A stretch of 64,000 nucleotides of DNA from Marmoricola sp. GTDB taxonomy: Bacteria > Actinomycetota > Actinomycetes > Propionibacteriales > Nocardioidaceae. Below the pieces are notes generated by a model. It was not told where the DNA came from. It saw only the letters and a program-made list of their open reading frames with translations, and ran no database searches. The translations under genes and the position numbers were made by a program. The stretch covers positions 13,353-77,352 of the forward strand of contig DASRRQ010000152.1 in the NCBI GenBank assembly GCA_035695505.1. The letters are read 5' to 3'. Within the stretch, counting starts at the first letter, position 1. Each line of letters opens with the position of its first letter. This document shows, piece after piece, positions 18,365-27,540 of this stretch.

Positions 18365-19597
18365 TCAGGCGGCCTCAACCTTGCGCCGTGCCTCCTGGCG
18401 ATCGCGCGCCTCGATTGCCCGGCGTACCTTCGGGCCGCCGGTCGTCATCTTGTACAGCTTGGCCAGCTGCAGCGGTGCGTTGGCCGGCGTGGTTGCGGCG
18501 AGCCAGCCGTTGGGCAGCGAGAGCCGGACGATCTTGTGCCAAGCCGAGTAGACCTGCTTCGGCATCGACCCGGTGGTGTAGGTCAGGCCGTACTTCTCGA
18601 AGAGCGCCCGCACCTGCGGCGCTACCTCGGCGTACCGGTTGCTGGGCAGGTCCGGGAACAGGTGGTGCTCGATCTGGAAGCTGAGGTTGCCGGACATCAT
18701 GTGCAGCGCCGGGCCACCGGAGATGTTCGCGGAGCCGAGCATCTGACGCAGGTACCACTCGCCCCGGGTCTCGCCGTCGATCGACTTCTTCTCGAACGTC
18801 TCGACGCCCTCGGGGAAGTGGCCGCACATGATCACCGAGTGGGTCCACAGGTTGCGGACCACGTTGGCGGTGAGGTTCGCCGCCAGGGTGGGCAGGAACG
18901 ACCCGGTCGGGATCGAGAGTGCCGGGTGCACCAGGTAGTCCTTGGTCGCCTGCTTCTTGATCTTGCCGAGCGTCCTCTTCACGCCGGTCTTGAACTCCTC
19001 GCTGCGCTTCTCCTTCGGGATCGACAGGTTCTTGCCGAGCTCGAGGTCGTAGGCCGCGATGCCGTACTCGAAGAGGCAGGCGTTGACGAAGTTCCAGAGC
19101 GGCTGCGCGAGGTAGAACGGGATCCAGCGCTGGTCCTCGTCGACGCGCATGATCCCGTAGCCGAGGTCGTTGTCCTTGCCGACGACGTTCGTGTACGTGT
19201 GGTGCAGCTCGTTGTGCGAGTGCTTCCACATGTCCGAGGGCGTGGCGTTGTCCCACTCCCACGTCGTCGAGTGGATCTTCGGGTCGCGCATCCAGTCCCA
19301 CTGGCCGTGCATGATGTTGTGCCCGACCTCCATGTTGTCCAGGATCTTGGCGATGCTCAGGCCGGTGGTGCCCGCGATCCAGGCCGGCGGGAAGATCGAG
19401 AACAGCAGCAGCGCACGGCTGCCTGCCTCGAGCCCGCGCTGGGCTTTGATCACCTTGCGGATGTACGCCGCGTCGGCGGCGCCCCGGGTGTCGAGGACCT
19501 CCTGGCGGATCGCGTCGAGCTCACGGCCGAGCTCCTCGATGTCCGCAGACGTCAGGTGCGCGGTCGGGTCGACGGGCTTCTTCTGGATCGTGGTCAT
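18365..19597 (-). CDS. Membrane acyl-CoA desaturase (DesA3-like)
   Basis: His boxes HNIMH, HNELHH, QIEHH. Confidence 0.9.
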   Translation of the reverse strand: MTTIQKKPVDPTAHLTSADIEELGRELDAIRQEVLDTRGAADAAYIRKVIKAQRGLEAGSRALLLFSIFPPAWIAGTTGLSIAKILDNMEVGHNIMHGQWDWMRDPKIHSTTWEWDNATPSDMWKHSHNELHHTYTNVVGKDNDLGYGIMRVDEDQRWIPFYLAQPLWNFVNACLFEYGIAAYDLELGKNLSIPKEKRSEEFKTGVKRTLGKIKKQATKDYLVHPALSIPTGSFLPTLAANLTANVVRNLWTHSVIMCGHFPEGVETFEKKSIDGETRGEWYLRQMLGSANISGGPALHMMSGNLSFQIEHHLFPDLPSNRYAEVAPQVRALFEKYGLTYTTGSMPKQVYSAWHKIVRLSLPNGWLAATTPANAPLQLAKLYKMTTGGPKVRRAIEARDRQEARRKVEAA

Positions 19598-20736
19598 CGT
19601 GTGGCCTTCTCTCCGAGAGTGCAGGCACCTGCAGCAGCGTTGATGCAGGTCTGGATAGGGACTCCGCCAGCGCCGGAGCTGATCGGGTCGGCAGTGGTGA
19701 TGGCGCCGTTGCGCAGATCGCGGACGGCGCCCTCGGTCAGGGGCAGGACGCAGCCGAAGCAGACGCCCATCCGGCAGCCGCTGGGCATCAGCGCGCCGGC
19801 AGCCTCGGCGACGTCGAGAAGCGGGGTGGCCCCGTCTGCCGCGACGGTGATGCCGGCGACCGTGAGGGTCCCGCCCTCCCCTGCCGAGACGAAGCCTGCC
19901 CGGAACTGCTCCGTGAACAGATCCAGTCCAGCCGCCTCGTGGTGCGCGGTCAGCGCGTCGAGCAGCCCGCCGGGCCCGCAGGCGTACGTCGTCCGCTCCG
20001 CGAGGTCCGGCACGAGCCCCGACAGGTCGGAGACGTCGAGGACCCCGTGCTGGTCGTCGTACCGGGCGATCAGAGTGATGGCGCCGTCAGCAGCGAGGGC
20101 GCGCAGGTTGTCGAGGAAGATCGAGTCCGGCTCGCTCGGCGCCACGTGCACGACGGTGATGTCGAGGTCCTCGCTGCGGCGCAGCCGCAGCACGCCGGAG
20201 TCCGTCACCGGGAAGAGGTTGCGCAGCATCCCGATCACCGGGGTCACGCCGGAGCCCGCGGTGACGAAGAGGAGCTTGCCGGGCCGCTCGTCCAGGACGA
20301 AGTCGCCGGCGGCCTGCTCGAGGTGGACCAGGGTGCCGGGTCGGGCATCGTGGACCAGGTGGCGCGACACCTTGCCGTCCGGGACGGCCTTGACGGTGAT
20401 CGAGATCAGGCCGTCCGAGCGCGGGCCGTGGGTCAGCGAGTAGGCACGCCATTCGCGCACGCCGTCCACGTCGATGCCGATGCGCAGGTACTGGCCGGGC
20501 ACGTGGCCGGCCCAATCGGCGCCGGGCTTGAGCACGATGGTCGCCGCGTCACGCGTCTCGGGCTGGACTGCGACGATCCGCGCTCGCAGGTCGGTGCCCG
20601 AGCGCAGCGGGGCGACGAGGTCGAGGTAGTCGGCCGGGACCAGCGGCGTGGTGGCGGCCTCGGCCATCCGGCTCAGCCGGTTGCGCAGGGTGCGCGGCGC
20701 GCGAACCGTGCTGCCTGTCATCAATGCCGGGGTCAT
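19594..20736 (-). CDS. FAD/NAD-binding ferredoxin reductase with a C-terminal 2Fe-2S domain (desaturase partner)
   Basis: RAYSL, AGSGVTP, YACGP, GCRMGVCFGC...C; ATGA overlap with the desaturase. Confidence 0.9.
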   Translation of the reverse strand: MTPALMTGSTVRAPRTLRNRLSRMAEAATTPLVPADYLDLVAPLRSGTDLRARIVAVQPETRDAATIVLKPGADWAGHVPGQYLRIGIDVDGVREWRAYSLTHGPRSDGLISITVKAVPDGKVSRHLVHDARPGTLVHLEQAAGDFVLDERPGKLLFVTAGSGVTPVIGMLRNLFPVTDSGVLRLRRSEDLDITVVHVAPSEPDSIFLDNLRALAADGAITLIARYDDQHGVLDVSDLSGLVPDLAERTTYACGPGGLLDALTAHHEAAGLDLFTEQFRAGFVSAGEGGTLTVAGITVAADGATPLLDVAEAAGALMPSGCRMGVCFGCVLPLTEGAVRDLRNGAITTADPISSGAGGVPIQTCINAAAGACTLGEKATR

Positions 20737-20800
20737 GGCACCAGCCTGACGCAGCGATGAGGTTAAATCATGACCTCAGAACGTGAATCTGGACGTAGTA

Positions 20801-20819
20801 TTTGTTCGCTACGAACAAA
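20801..20819. promoter_or_regulatory. Perfect palindrome TTTGTTCG-N3-CGAACAAA, probable site of the adjacent PucR-type regulator
   Basis: AT-rich 8-bp inverted repeat in the divergent intergenic region. Confidence 0.6.
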
Positions 20820-20828
20820 GGAGCGGCG

Positions 20829-21992
20829 ATGGTTGCAGGTCGCGAGGAGATGGCCCTGCGGCTCCCGACCCAGATCGCCAGCGAGATGCGCCGCGACATG
20901 TCCGGCGTCGCCGAGCAGGTGATCGCCGCCGTGATCAGCGAGGTGCCGAGCTACCGGGACCCGTTCCGCGGCGAGATGGGCCGCAACATCGAGATCGCGG
21001 TGAAGGTCGCCCTCGATGGCTTCCTCGACCTGGCCTCCCGTCCTGATGGCATCGATGCCGGCGAGCAGGTCGATGCGGTCCTCGAGGCGGCGTACGCCCT
21101 GGGCCGCGGCGAGGCCCGCAGCGGCCGCACGATGGACGCGCTGGCGCAGGCGTATCGCGTCGGCGCCCGGGTGGCATGGCGCGAGATGGGTGCCGCGGCG
21201 GTCAATAGCGGCCTCGCCGCCACGATGCTCGCCCGGCTCGCCGAGCTCGTCTTCGCTTACATCGACGAGCTCTCCGATGCCAGCGTCAGCGGCCATGCCG
21301 ACGAGTTGGCGACGTCGGGACGGCTGCGGCAGCGACGCCTGGACCGCCTGACGGTCCGGCTCATCGAGGGCGCACCGGAGGAGGAGCTGGTCAACTCTGC
21401 CGAGCGCGCCGACTGGGACCCGCCGAAGGAGCTGGCCGCGCTGGTCGCACCGGAGTCCCGGATCCGCGGAGCCCGGGCGCAGCTCGACAGCCGCAGCCTC
21501 TACCTCGCCGACGAGGTCGACGAGCTCGAGGCCGGTTGGAACATCGTGCTGGTGCCGATCACCAGCGCCCGCGCGCGGGCGGCCGTCGTACGCGCGGCGA
21601 CCGGGACCGAGGCGGTCGTCGGGCCGACCACGCCGTGGACGTCGGTCCGGACCTCCTACCTCCGCGCCCTGCAGGCGCATCGGCTCAGCCTCGGCGGCGA
21701 CACCGACGAGCACCTCGCCCGCCTCGTCGTGACGGCCGACCCGACTGCGCACGAGGGCCTCCGCGACCAGGTGCTGGCACCGCTCGCCGGCGTACGGCCG
21801 GCCTCGCGCGACAAGCTGGTCGAGACGCTGCGCGCCTGGTTGCTGCACCAAGGGCGCCGAGACGACGTCGCCGCCGCGCTCTTCGTGCACCCGCAGACCG
21901 TGCGGTACCGCCTCGGCCAGCTCCGTGACCTGTACGGCGAGAAGCTGACCGATCCTGACTTCGTACGCGACGCGGTCATCGCCCTCGCCTGA
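20829..21992 (+). CDS. PucR/CdaR-family transcriptional regulator
   Basis: C-terminal HTH LVETLRAWL...AAALFVHPQTVRYRL; AAGGAG RBS. Confidence 0.88.
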   Translation: MVAGREEMALRLPTQIASEMRRDMSGVAEQVIAAVISEVPSYRDPFRGEMGRNIEIAVKVALDGFLDLASRPDGIDAGEQVDAVLEAAYALGRGEARSGRTMDALAQAYRVGARVAWREMGAAAVNSGLAATMLARLAELVFAYIDELSDASVSGHADELATSGRLRQRRLDRLTVRLIEGAPEEELVNSAERADWDPPKELAALVAPESRIRGARAQLDSRSLYLADEVDELEAGWNIVLVPITSARARAAVVRAATGTEAVVGPTTPWTSVRTSYLRALQAHRLSLGGDTDEHLARLVVTADPTAHEGLRDQVLAPLAGVRPASRDKLVETLRAWLLHQGRRDDVAAALFVHPQTVRYRLGQLRDLYGEKLTDPDFVRDAVIALA

Positions 21993-21998
21993 CCGCGA

Positions 21999-22103
21999 CC
22001 GGGCGCGGATGTCCCGCCAGAATGCGCTGAGTGGGCGCAGATGTGCACCGCGCTGGTACATCTGCGCCCACTCACCGTTGATTCACGAGTCATCTGCGCC
22101 CGG
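21999..22103. repeat. Nested palindromic repeat, family C (GGGCGCAGATG units > > < <) between convergent genes
   Basis: Perfect 17-bp arms at 22028-22044 and 22058-22074; outer arms at 21999-22011 and 22091-22103. Confidence 0.75.
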
Positions 22104-22109
22104 GTGGCG

Positions 22110-23270
22110 CTATTCGGGTTGGACCGCAGCACCGCTCTCGATCAGCTCGTCGACGTTCGCGATCCCCCAGGCGGCGAGTCCTTCGCGGGTGTGCTCCCCG
22201 GCGCCCCGCGACGGGGGCAGGCCCAGTGTCGCGCCGGTCCGGGAGAAGCGCGGGGCAGGCTGCGGCTGGATGAAGCCCTCGTGCTCGACGAAGATCTCGC
22301 GGCTCTTCATGTGCGGGTGGTCGAAGGCCTCGGTCAGCGGGATGATCGGCGCGACGCAGGCGTCGGTGCCGTCGAAGATCGCGCACCACTCGGCCTGCGT
22401 CTTCTCGGCGAACCGTGCCGTGAACACGCCCCGAAGCTCATCGGTCTTGGCCAGGTCCCAGCGATCCGGCGCGGTCTCACGGACCTCCAGCAGGTCGAGC
22501 AGGATCTCGTAGAACTGCGGCTCCAACGACCCCACGGACATGTGCTTGCCGTCAGCGGTCTCGTAGATGTCGTAGTACGGGGCACCGCCGTCGAGCAGGT
22601 TGGCGGCGCGCTCTTCGTGGTAGTTGCCGCCGGCCAGGAATGCCGCGGTCATCGCGTTGAGGTTCGCGGTCCCATCGACGATCGCCGCGTCCACGACCTG
22701 GCCCTTGCCGCTGACCTTGGCCTCGAGCAGCGCAGCGAGGATCCCGACGACGAGGTAGAGCGAACCGCCGCCGAAGTCGCCGACGAGGTTCGTCGGGAAC
22801 TGCGGCTTGCCTTTCTCCTGGCCGAGGCCGAACAGGGTGCCGGTGATCGCGATGTAGTTCATGTCGTGGCCGGCCGCCTGCGCCCAGGCACCCGTCTGGC
22901 CCCAGCCGGTCATCCGACCGTAGACCAGCCCAGGGTTGCGCTCCCAGCACGCGTCCGGGCCGATGCCCATCCGCTCGGTCACTCCCGGCCGCATCCCCTC
23001 GACGAGGACGTCGGCGTCCTCGACGAGGGTGAGCACCGTCTGCACCGCTGCCGGATCCTTGAGGTTCAGCGCGACGCTGGGGCGCCCCCGGTTCAAGAAG
23101 TCGTGGCTGCCGCCGGTCAGCGCCTGACCTCCCGGACGCTCGATCCTGATGACGTCGGCGCCGAGGTCGGCGAGGATCATGCAGGCATGCGGGCTCGGCC
23201 CGATGCCGGCGATCTCCACGACCTTGATGCCCTTGAGCGGTCCGGTGCCCTTGCCGAGTTCCACAGTCAT
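22110..23270 (-). CDS. CaiB/BaiF CoA-transferase family III, alpha-methylacyl-CoA racemase-like
   Basis: EIAGIGP, LADLGADVIRIER, GRMTGWGQTG, AGHDMNYIA, VGDFGGG; start ATG 23270. Confidence 0.9.
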   Translation of the reverse strand: MTVELGKGTGPLKGIKVVEIAGIGPSPHACMILADLGADVIRIERPGGQALTGGSHDFLNRGRPSVALNLKDPAAVQTVLTLVEDADVLVEGMRPGVTERMGIGPDACWERNPGLVYGRMTGWGQTGAWAQAAGHDMNYIAITGTLFGLGQEKGKPQFPTNLVGDFGGGSLYLVVGILAALLEAKVSGKGQVVDAAIVDGTANLNAMTAAFLAGGNYHEERAANLLDGGAPYYDIYETADGKHMSVGSLEPQFYEILLDLLEVRETAPDRWDLAKTDELRGVFTARFAEKTQAEWCAIFDGTDACVAPIIPLTEAFDHPHMKSREIFVEHEGFIQPQPAPRFSRTGATLGLPPSRGAGEHTREGLAAWGIANVDELIESGAAVQPE

Positions 23271-23281
23271 GACACGGAGCA

Positions 23282-23304
23282 TGACAGATTCACTGTCAAC
23301 GTCA
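23282..23304. promoter_or_regulatory. TGACAG-N5-CTGTCA palindrome plus ACGTCA upstream of the racemase
   Basis: TGACAGATTCACTGTCAACGTCA, near-identical in layout to 18303-18325. Confidence 0.65.
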
Positions 23305-23334
23305 CCTCCCCCGCCTGACCTGATCGGAGCCCCG

Positions 23335-23850
23335 ATGATCGCGCTGCGCCTGCTCAGCCTCGACGACACCGACGAGCTCGCGGACCTCGCGGTGCGCAAC
23401 CGGGGGTTCATGGCTCCGACCGAGCCGCACCGCGACGGCTCGTACTTCACCCGGGCCGGCCAGGAGGCCGTCATCGCCGGGACGCTGGCGGGGCACGCGA
23501 CCGGTACGACGGTCCCGTGGGTAATCACCGACGAGAACGTGATCGTCGGTCGGATCACGCTGAACAACATCGTCCGCGGGCCGCTCCAGTCCGCCTCGGT
23601 GGGCTACTGGATCAGCAAGGAGCACAACGGCCGTGGCATCGCCACCGCAGCAACAGGGCTCGCCTTGGAGGCGGCGTTCGGCGAGCTCGGCCTGCACCGG
23701 GTCGAGGCCGGCACGCTGGTCGACAACCTCGGCTCGCAGCGGGTCCTCGCCAAGGCCGGCTTCGTCCGCTATGGCCTGGCGCCGAAATTCCTGCTCATCA
23801 ACGGGGAGTGGCGTGACCACGTGCTGTTCCAGCGGTTGTCGACAGACTGA
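23335..23850 (+). CDS. GNAT acetyltransferase, RimJ/RimL family
   Basis: SASVGYWI, GRGIATAA, LGLHRVEAGTLVDNLGSQRVLAKAGF, INGEWRDH. Confidence 0.88.
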   Translation: MIALRLLSLDDTDELADLAVRNRGFMAPTEPHRDGSYFTRAGQEAVIAGTLAGHATGTTVPWVITDENVIVGRITLNNIVRGPLQSASVGYWISKEHNGRGIATAATGLALEAAFGELGLHRVEAGTLVDNLGSQRVLAKAGFVRYGLAPKFLLINGEWRDHVLFQRLSTD

Positions 23851-23885
23851 GCCCGGACGGCGATTCCGAGCCCTACCCTTTCCGT

Positions 23886-24983
23886 ATGTCGTCCCAGCCG
23901 CCCGAGTACCCGCCGCCCGAGTACCCGGCGCCCGAATACCCGCCGCCGGCGTACTCGCCCCCAGCGACGCGGCCGATGCCTCCTAGCCCGCCGGTGTACC
24001 CGTACCAGCGCTTCGATGGGCAACGGCCCTCGGGCACCAACGGCTTCGCGATCGCCGCGCTCGTGTTCAGCATCATCGGCGGGATCCTGTTCAGCATCAT
24101 CTTCGGCGTGGTGGCCCTGGTGCAGACCCGGCGTACGCGTCAGAAGGGCAGACGGATGGCCGTGAGCGCCCTGGTCCTCTCCGGCGTCTGGATCGTCGTC
24201 ATCGCGGTGCTGGTCACCCTCGGCCTCCAGGGCCGGGCGGAGCGGGACCCCGACACCGGTGCGATCACGAACGCGGGCACCTTGTCGGCTGAGTCGCTGA
24301 GGGTCGGCGACTGCGTCGCGTCGGCCTCGCTCGGCGCGGTCAAGAGACTGCCTGCCGTGCCGTGCAGCACGCCGCACGAGCTCGAAGTCGTGGCGACGTT
24401 GAAGTACACCCAGGCGTCCTTCCCCGGCGACGATGCCCTGAAGGCCGAGGCGGTCTCCCGGTGCAAGCAGGCGCTCTACGACAAGCCCGCCGCACTGTCG
24501 AAGATCCAGGACATGCACCTGATTTACTTCCGGCCGACCAGCCGCTCCTGGGACATCGGCGACCGCCACCTCACCTGCGCAGTCCTCTCCGACGACCAGC
24601 GGACCGGCTCGATCTACGACGGCAACGAGACCGTCCCGCGCGCCCTCAAAGTGGGCGACTGCGTCCCGACGCTTGCGACCGGGTCGTCGGTCACCGAGGT
24701 CACGCGCATCTCCTGCGCGCAGCCGCACCGTGGCGAGGTCTACGCGTCCCTGACCTTCACCGGCTCGGCCTACCCGGGAGACAAGCAGATCATCGCGTCC
24801 TCTGAGTCCCGCTGCGACGCCGCGCTGCGGCACCTCGCGCTGTCGTCGTCGACGCTGCGCGCGATGCGGGTGTTCTGGTTCCGGCCGACAGCGGATGCCT
24901 GGGCGGCAGGCGACCGGGTGCTCACCTGCATGCTGCTCTCGCGCACGGCCCGCACCGGCGCCGTCGCCAGCAGCGCGAGCTGA
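23886..24983 (+). CDS. DUF4190 membrane protein with two tandem septum-formation-like Cys domains
   Basis: Pro/Tyr N-terminal repeats (PPEYP), TNGFAIAALV and two TM helices, duplicated LxVGDCV...CxxPHxxEV...C domains. Confidence 0.75.
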   Translation: MSSQPPEYPPPEYPAPEYPPPAYSPPATRPMPPSPPVYPYQRFDGQRPSGTNGFAIAALVFSIIGGILFSIIFGVVALVQTRRTRQKGRRMAVSALVLSGVWIVVIAVLVTLGLQGRAERDPDTGAITNAGTLSAESLRVGDCVASASLGAVKRLPAVPCSTPHELEVVATLKYTQASFPGDDALKAEAVSRCKQALYDKPAALSKIQDMHLIYFRPTSRSWDIGDRHLTCAVLSDDQRTGSIYDGNETVPRALKVGDCVPTLATGSSVTEVTRISCAQPHRGEVYASLTFTGSAYPGDKQIIASSESRCDAALRHLALSSSTLRAMRVFWFRPTADAWAAGDRVLTCMLLSRTARTGAVASSAS

Positions 24984-24990
24984 CGAGGCC

Positions 24991-25740
24991 CTAGAGGACC
25001 CGCTGCAGGAACTCGCGAGTGCGGGCTTCGCGCGGCGCGGTGAAGATCTGCTCGGGCGGGCCCTGCTCGAGGATCCGGCCTTCGTGCAGGAAGCAGACCT
25101 GGGTGGCGACGTCGCGCGCGAAGGCCATCTCGTGGGTGGCGAGGATCATCGTCATGCCGCCGACAGCCTCGGCCCGGACGATCTCGAGGACCTCGCCCAC
25201 CAGCTCGGGGTCGAGCGCCGCGGTGATCTCGTCGAGCAGCAGCAGCGACGGGTCGGTGCACAGCGCCCGGACCAGCGCGACCCGCTGCTGCTGGCCGCCC
25301 GAGAGCTGGTCGGGGTAGGCGGTCGCCTTGTCGGCCAGACCACAGCGCTCGAGCAGGGCGAGCGCTCGCTGCTCGGCCTCGGCCTTCGCCACCCCAGCGA
25401 CCCGGACGGGAGCCAGGGTGCAGTTGGCCAGCACGCTCAGGTGCGGGAACAGGTTGTAGGCCTGGAAGACCATCCCGATCCGGCGGCGTACGTCGCGGGG
25501 GTCGATCAGCGGGTCGGAGATCTCCCGACCGTCGAAGGCGATCACGCCGTCATCGATGCCCTCGAGCAGGTTCAGGCAGCGCAGCAGGGTGGACTTGCCC
25601 GAGCCCGAGGATCCGATCAGGCAGATCACGTCGTGCTTGGCGACCGTCAGGTCGATGTCGTGCAGGACGACGTTCTCGCCGTAGGACTTGCGCAGGTTCT
25701 GTACCTGCAGCAGCGCGCTCGGATCCGGCATGGTGCTCAT
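24991..25740 (-). CDS. Polar amino acid ABC transporter ATP-binding protein
   Basis: GSSGSGKST, LSGGQQQR, LLLDE. Confidence 0.92.
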   Translation of the reverse strand: MSTMPDPSALLQVQNLRKSYGENVVLHDIDLTVAKHDVICLIGSSGSGKSTLLRCLNLLEGIDDGVIAFDGREISDPLIDPRDVRRRIGMVFQAYNLFPHLSVLANCTLAPVRVAGVAKAEAEQRALALLERCGLADKATAYPDQLSGGQQQRVALVRALCTDPSLLLLDEITAALDPELVGEVLEIVRAEAVGGMTMILATHEMAFARDVATQVCFLHEGRILEQGPPEQIFTAPREARTREFLQRVL

Positions 25741-26591
25741 CGTCCACGCTCGCGGATCCGGGCGCGATGGGCGAGCCAGTCCGTGAACCGCGCTAGCGGG
25801 ATCGTCATCGCCAGGAAGAAGAGGCCGGTCACCAGGAACGGCGTGTAGTTGAAGTGGTAGTTCCCGTAGTCCTGCGCGGCGAAGAGCCCCTCGAAGACGC
25901 CCACGCTCGCGACCAGGCAGGTGTCCTTCTGCAAGGACACGAAGTCGTTGATCAACGGTGGCGTCATCCGGCGCAGAGCCTGCGGAAGCACCACATGCAC
26001 CGTGGTCTGGGTCCGGCTCAACCCCAGTGCCTCGGCGCTCGAGATCTGGGAGGGGTGGATGGAGTCGATGCCGGCCCGGACGACCTCGGCCACGTAGGCG
26101 CCGTAACAGAGGATGAGGGCGATCGTGCCCAAGACGACCCGGCTGGTCGGCAGGCCGGTGAGTTCGAGCGCAGGCACCCCGAACACCAGCAGATAGACGA
26201 CGAGAAGGCTCGGAAGGCCACGGAACACATCGGTGTAGATGATCGCGACGAACCGCACCGGCGTCAGCCACGGGGTCACCGAGTTCCGCGTCAGCGCCAC
26301 CAGGATCGCCAGGACGAGGATCAACGGCTCTGCGACGACGAACATGCGGACGTTGATCCAGAAGCCCTTGGCGATCTCATGGAAGCTCGCCTTGGCGTCG
26401 TGGCTGCTGAGGAACGTCGTCTTGACGTTCGGCCAGCCCGGCGACGTCACCGTCACGACCCACAGGGCCCCGAAGACGACGACGGTGATGCCCACAGCGA
26501 TCAGGATGCTGCGGTGCCGCAGCCGCCGACGGACCGCGCGGCGCTCGAGCTCTCGGGCGCTCGGAGTCCAGTCCGAGGCGACGGTGCTCAC
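25737..26591 (-). CDS. Polar amino acid ABC transporter permease
   Basis: YTDVFRGLP, AYVAEVVRAGI, EAA-like loop, SLQKDT. Confidence 0.9.
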   Translation of the reverse strand: MSTVASDWTPSARELERRAVRRRLRHRSILIAVGITVVVFGALWVVTVTSPGWPNVKTTFLSSHDAKASFHEIAKGFWINVRMFVVAEPLILVLAILVALTRNSVTPWLTPVRFVAIIYTDVFRGLPSLLVVYLLVFGVPALELTGLPTSRVVLGTIALILCYGAYVAEVVRAGIDSIHPSQISSAEALGLSRTQTTVHVVLPQALRRMTPPLINDFVSLQKDTCLVASVGVFEGLFAAQDYGNYHFNYTPFLVTGLFFLAMTIPLARFTDWLAHRARIRERGR

Positions 26592-27439
26592 TGCAGCACG
26601 GGCACCGAGACCGTCGTGGAGAGCCACTGCGTCTCCAACCCGGCCAGGGTGCCGTTGCTCTTCAGCGTGGTCATCGCCTTGTTCACGCAGCCGGTCAGGC
26701 CGCTGCCCTTGGCCAGCAGCAGACCGAACTGCTCCGGCGTACCGGACTGCGTCTGGAACTGGCCGAGGATCGAGGAGTGGCTGATCTCGGCAGCGGTGAT
26801 GTAGAACGCCGAGGGCAGGTCGGTGACGATGCCGTCGACCGTCCCGTTGAGCAGCGCCTGCTTCGCGACGTTGTCGTTCGGGAAGACCTCCGGGTCGTGG
26901 CTCGGCTTGATCTCGTCACGGATCGCGGTAAGGCTCGTGGTGCCGGTCTGGGCGCCGAGCTTCAGGCTCTTGAGGTCGGCCAGCGAGGCCGCCGTGACCT
27001 TGTTCTTGTCGAGAACGACCACCGCTTGCGCGGCCGAGTAGTAGCCGTCGGAGAAGTCGACCGCCTTGGCGCGAGCCGGAGTGATCGAGATCTGGTTGAT
27101 GTCGAAATCGAAGTTCTTCGGGCCGGGCGCGTAGGAGTTGTTGAACGGCTCCTTGACCCAGGTCACCTGCGCGTTGCTGAAGCCCATCTGCTTCGCGACG
27201 GCGTACGCGACGGCGTCCTCGAAGCCCTTGCCGTTCGTCGGGTCGTTGTTGCTGAACCACGGCTCGTACGCCGGGGTGTCGGTGGCGATGGTGAGCTTGC
27301 CCTTCGACGTCAGCGGGAGCGACGACACCGCGCACGACGACGACGCGGCGCCGGAACTCGCTGGCTTCTCGGGCGAGCCGCACGCTGTGGCGACGATCAT
27401 CAGTGGGAGGGCGGCAAGGGCAATCGGGCGCAGACGCAT
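26588..27439 (-). CDS. Amino acid ABC transporter substrate-binding lipoprotein
   Basis: Lipobox VATAC; GKLTIAT, SITPARAKAVDFS, GAQTGTT (SBP family 3). Confidence 0.9.
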   Translation of the reverse strand: MRLRPIALAALPLMIVATACGSPEKPASSGAASSSCAVSSLPLTSKGKLTIATDTPAYEPWFSNNDPTNGKGFEDAVAYAVAKQMGFSNAQVTWVKEPFNNSYAPGPKNFDFDINQISITPARAKAVDFSDGYYSAAQAVVVLDKNKVTAASLADLKSLKLGAQTGTTSLTAIRDEIKPSHDPEVFPNDNVAKQALLNGTVDGIVTDLPSAFYITAAEISHSSILGQFQTQSGTPEQFGLLLAKGSGLTGCVNKAMTTLKSNGTLAGLETQWLSTTVSVPVLQ

Positions 27440-27495
27440 GCCGGAATGCTAGTCCTACCCCGCCGGTGCACTTAAGCATGTGGCCGCTGCCCCTT

Positions 27496-27509
27496 TGCAA
27501 CTAGTTGCA
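27496..27509. promoter_or_regulatory. Perfect palindrome TGCAACTAGTTGCA, probable PadR operator
   Basis: 14-bp perfect palindrome 31 bp upstream of the padR ATG. Confidence 0.7.
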
Positions 27510-27540
27510 TAGGGTCAGGTCCTCAGGCACAGTTGCACCC

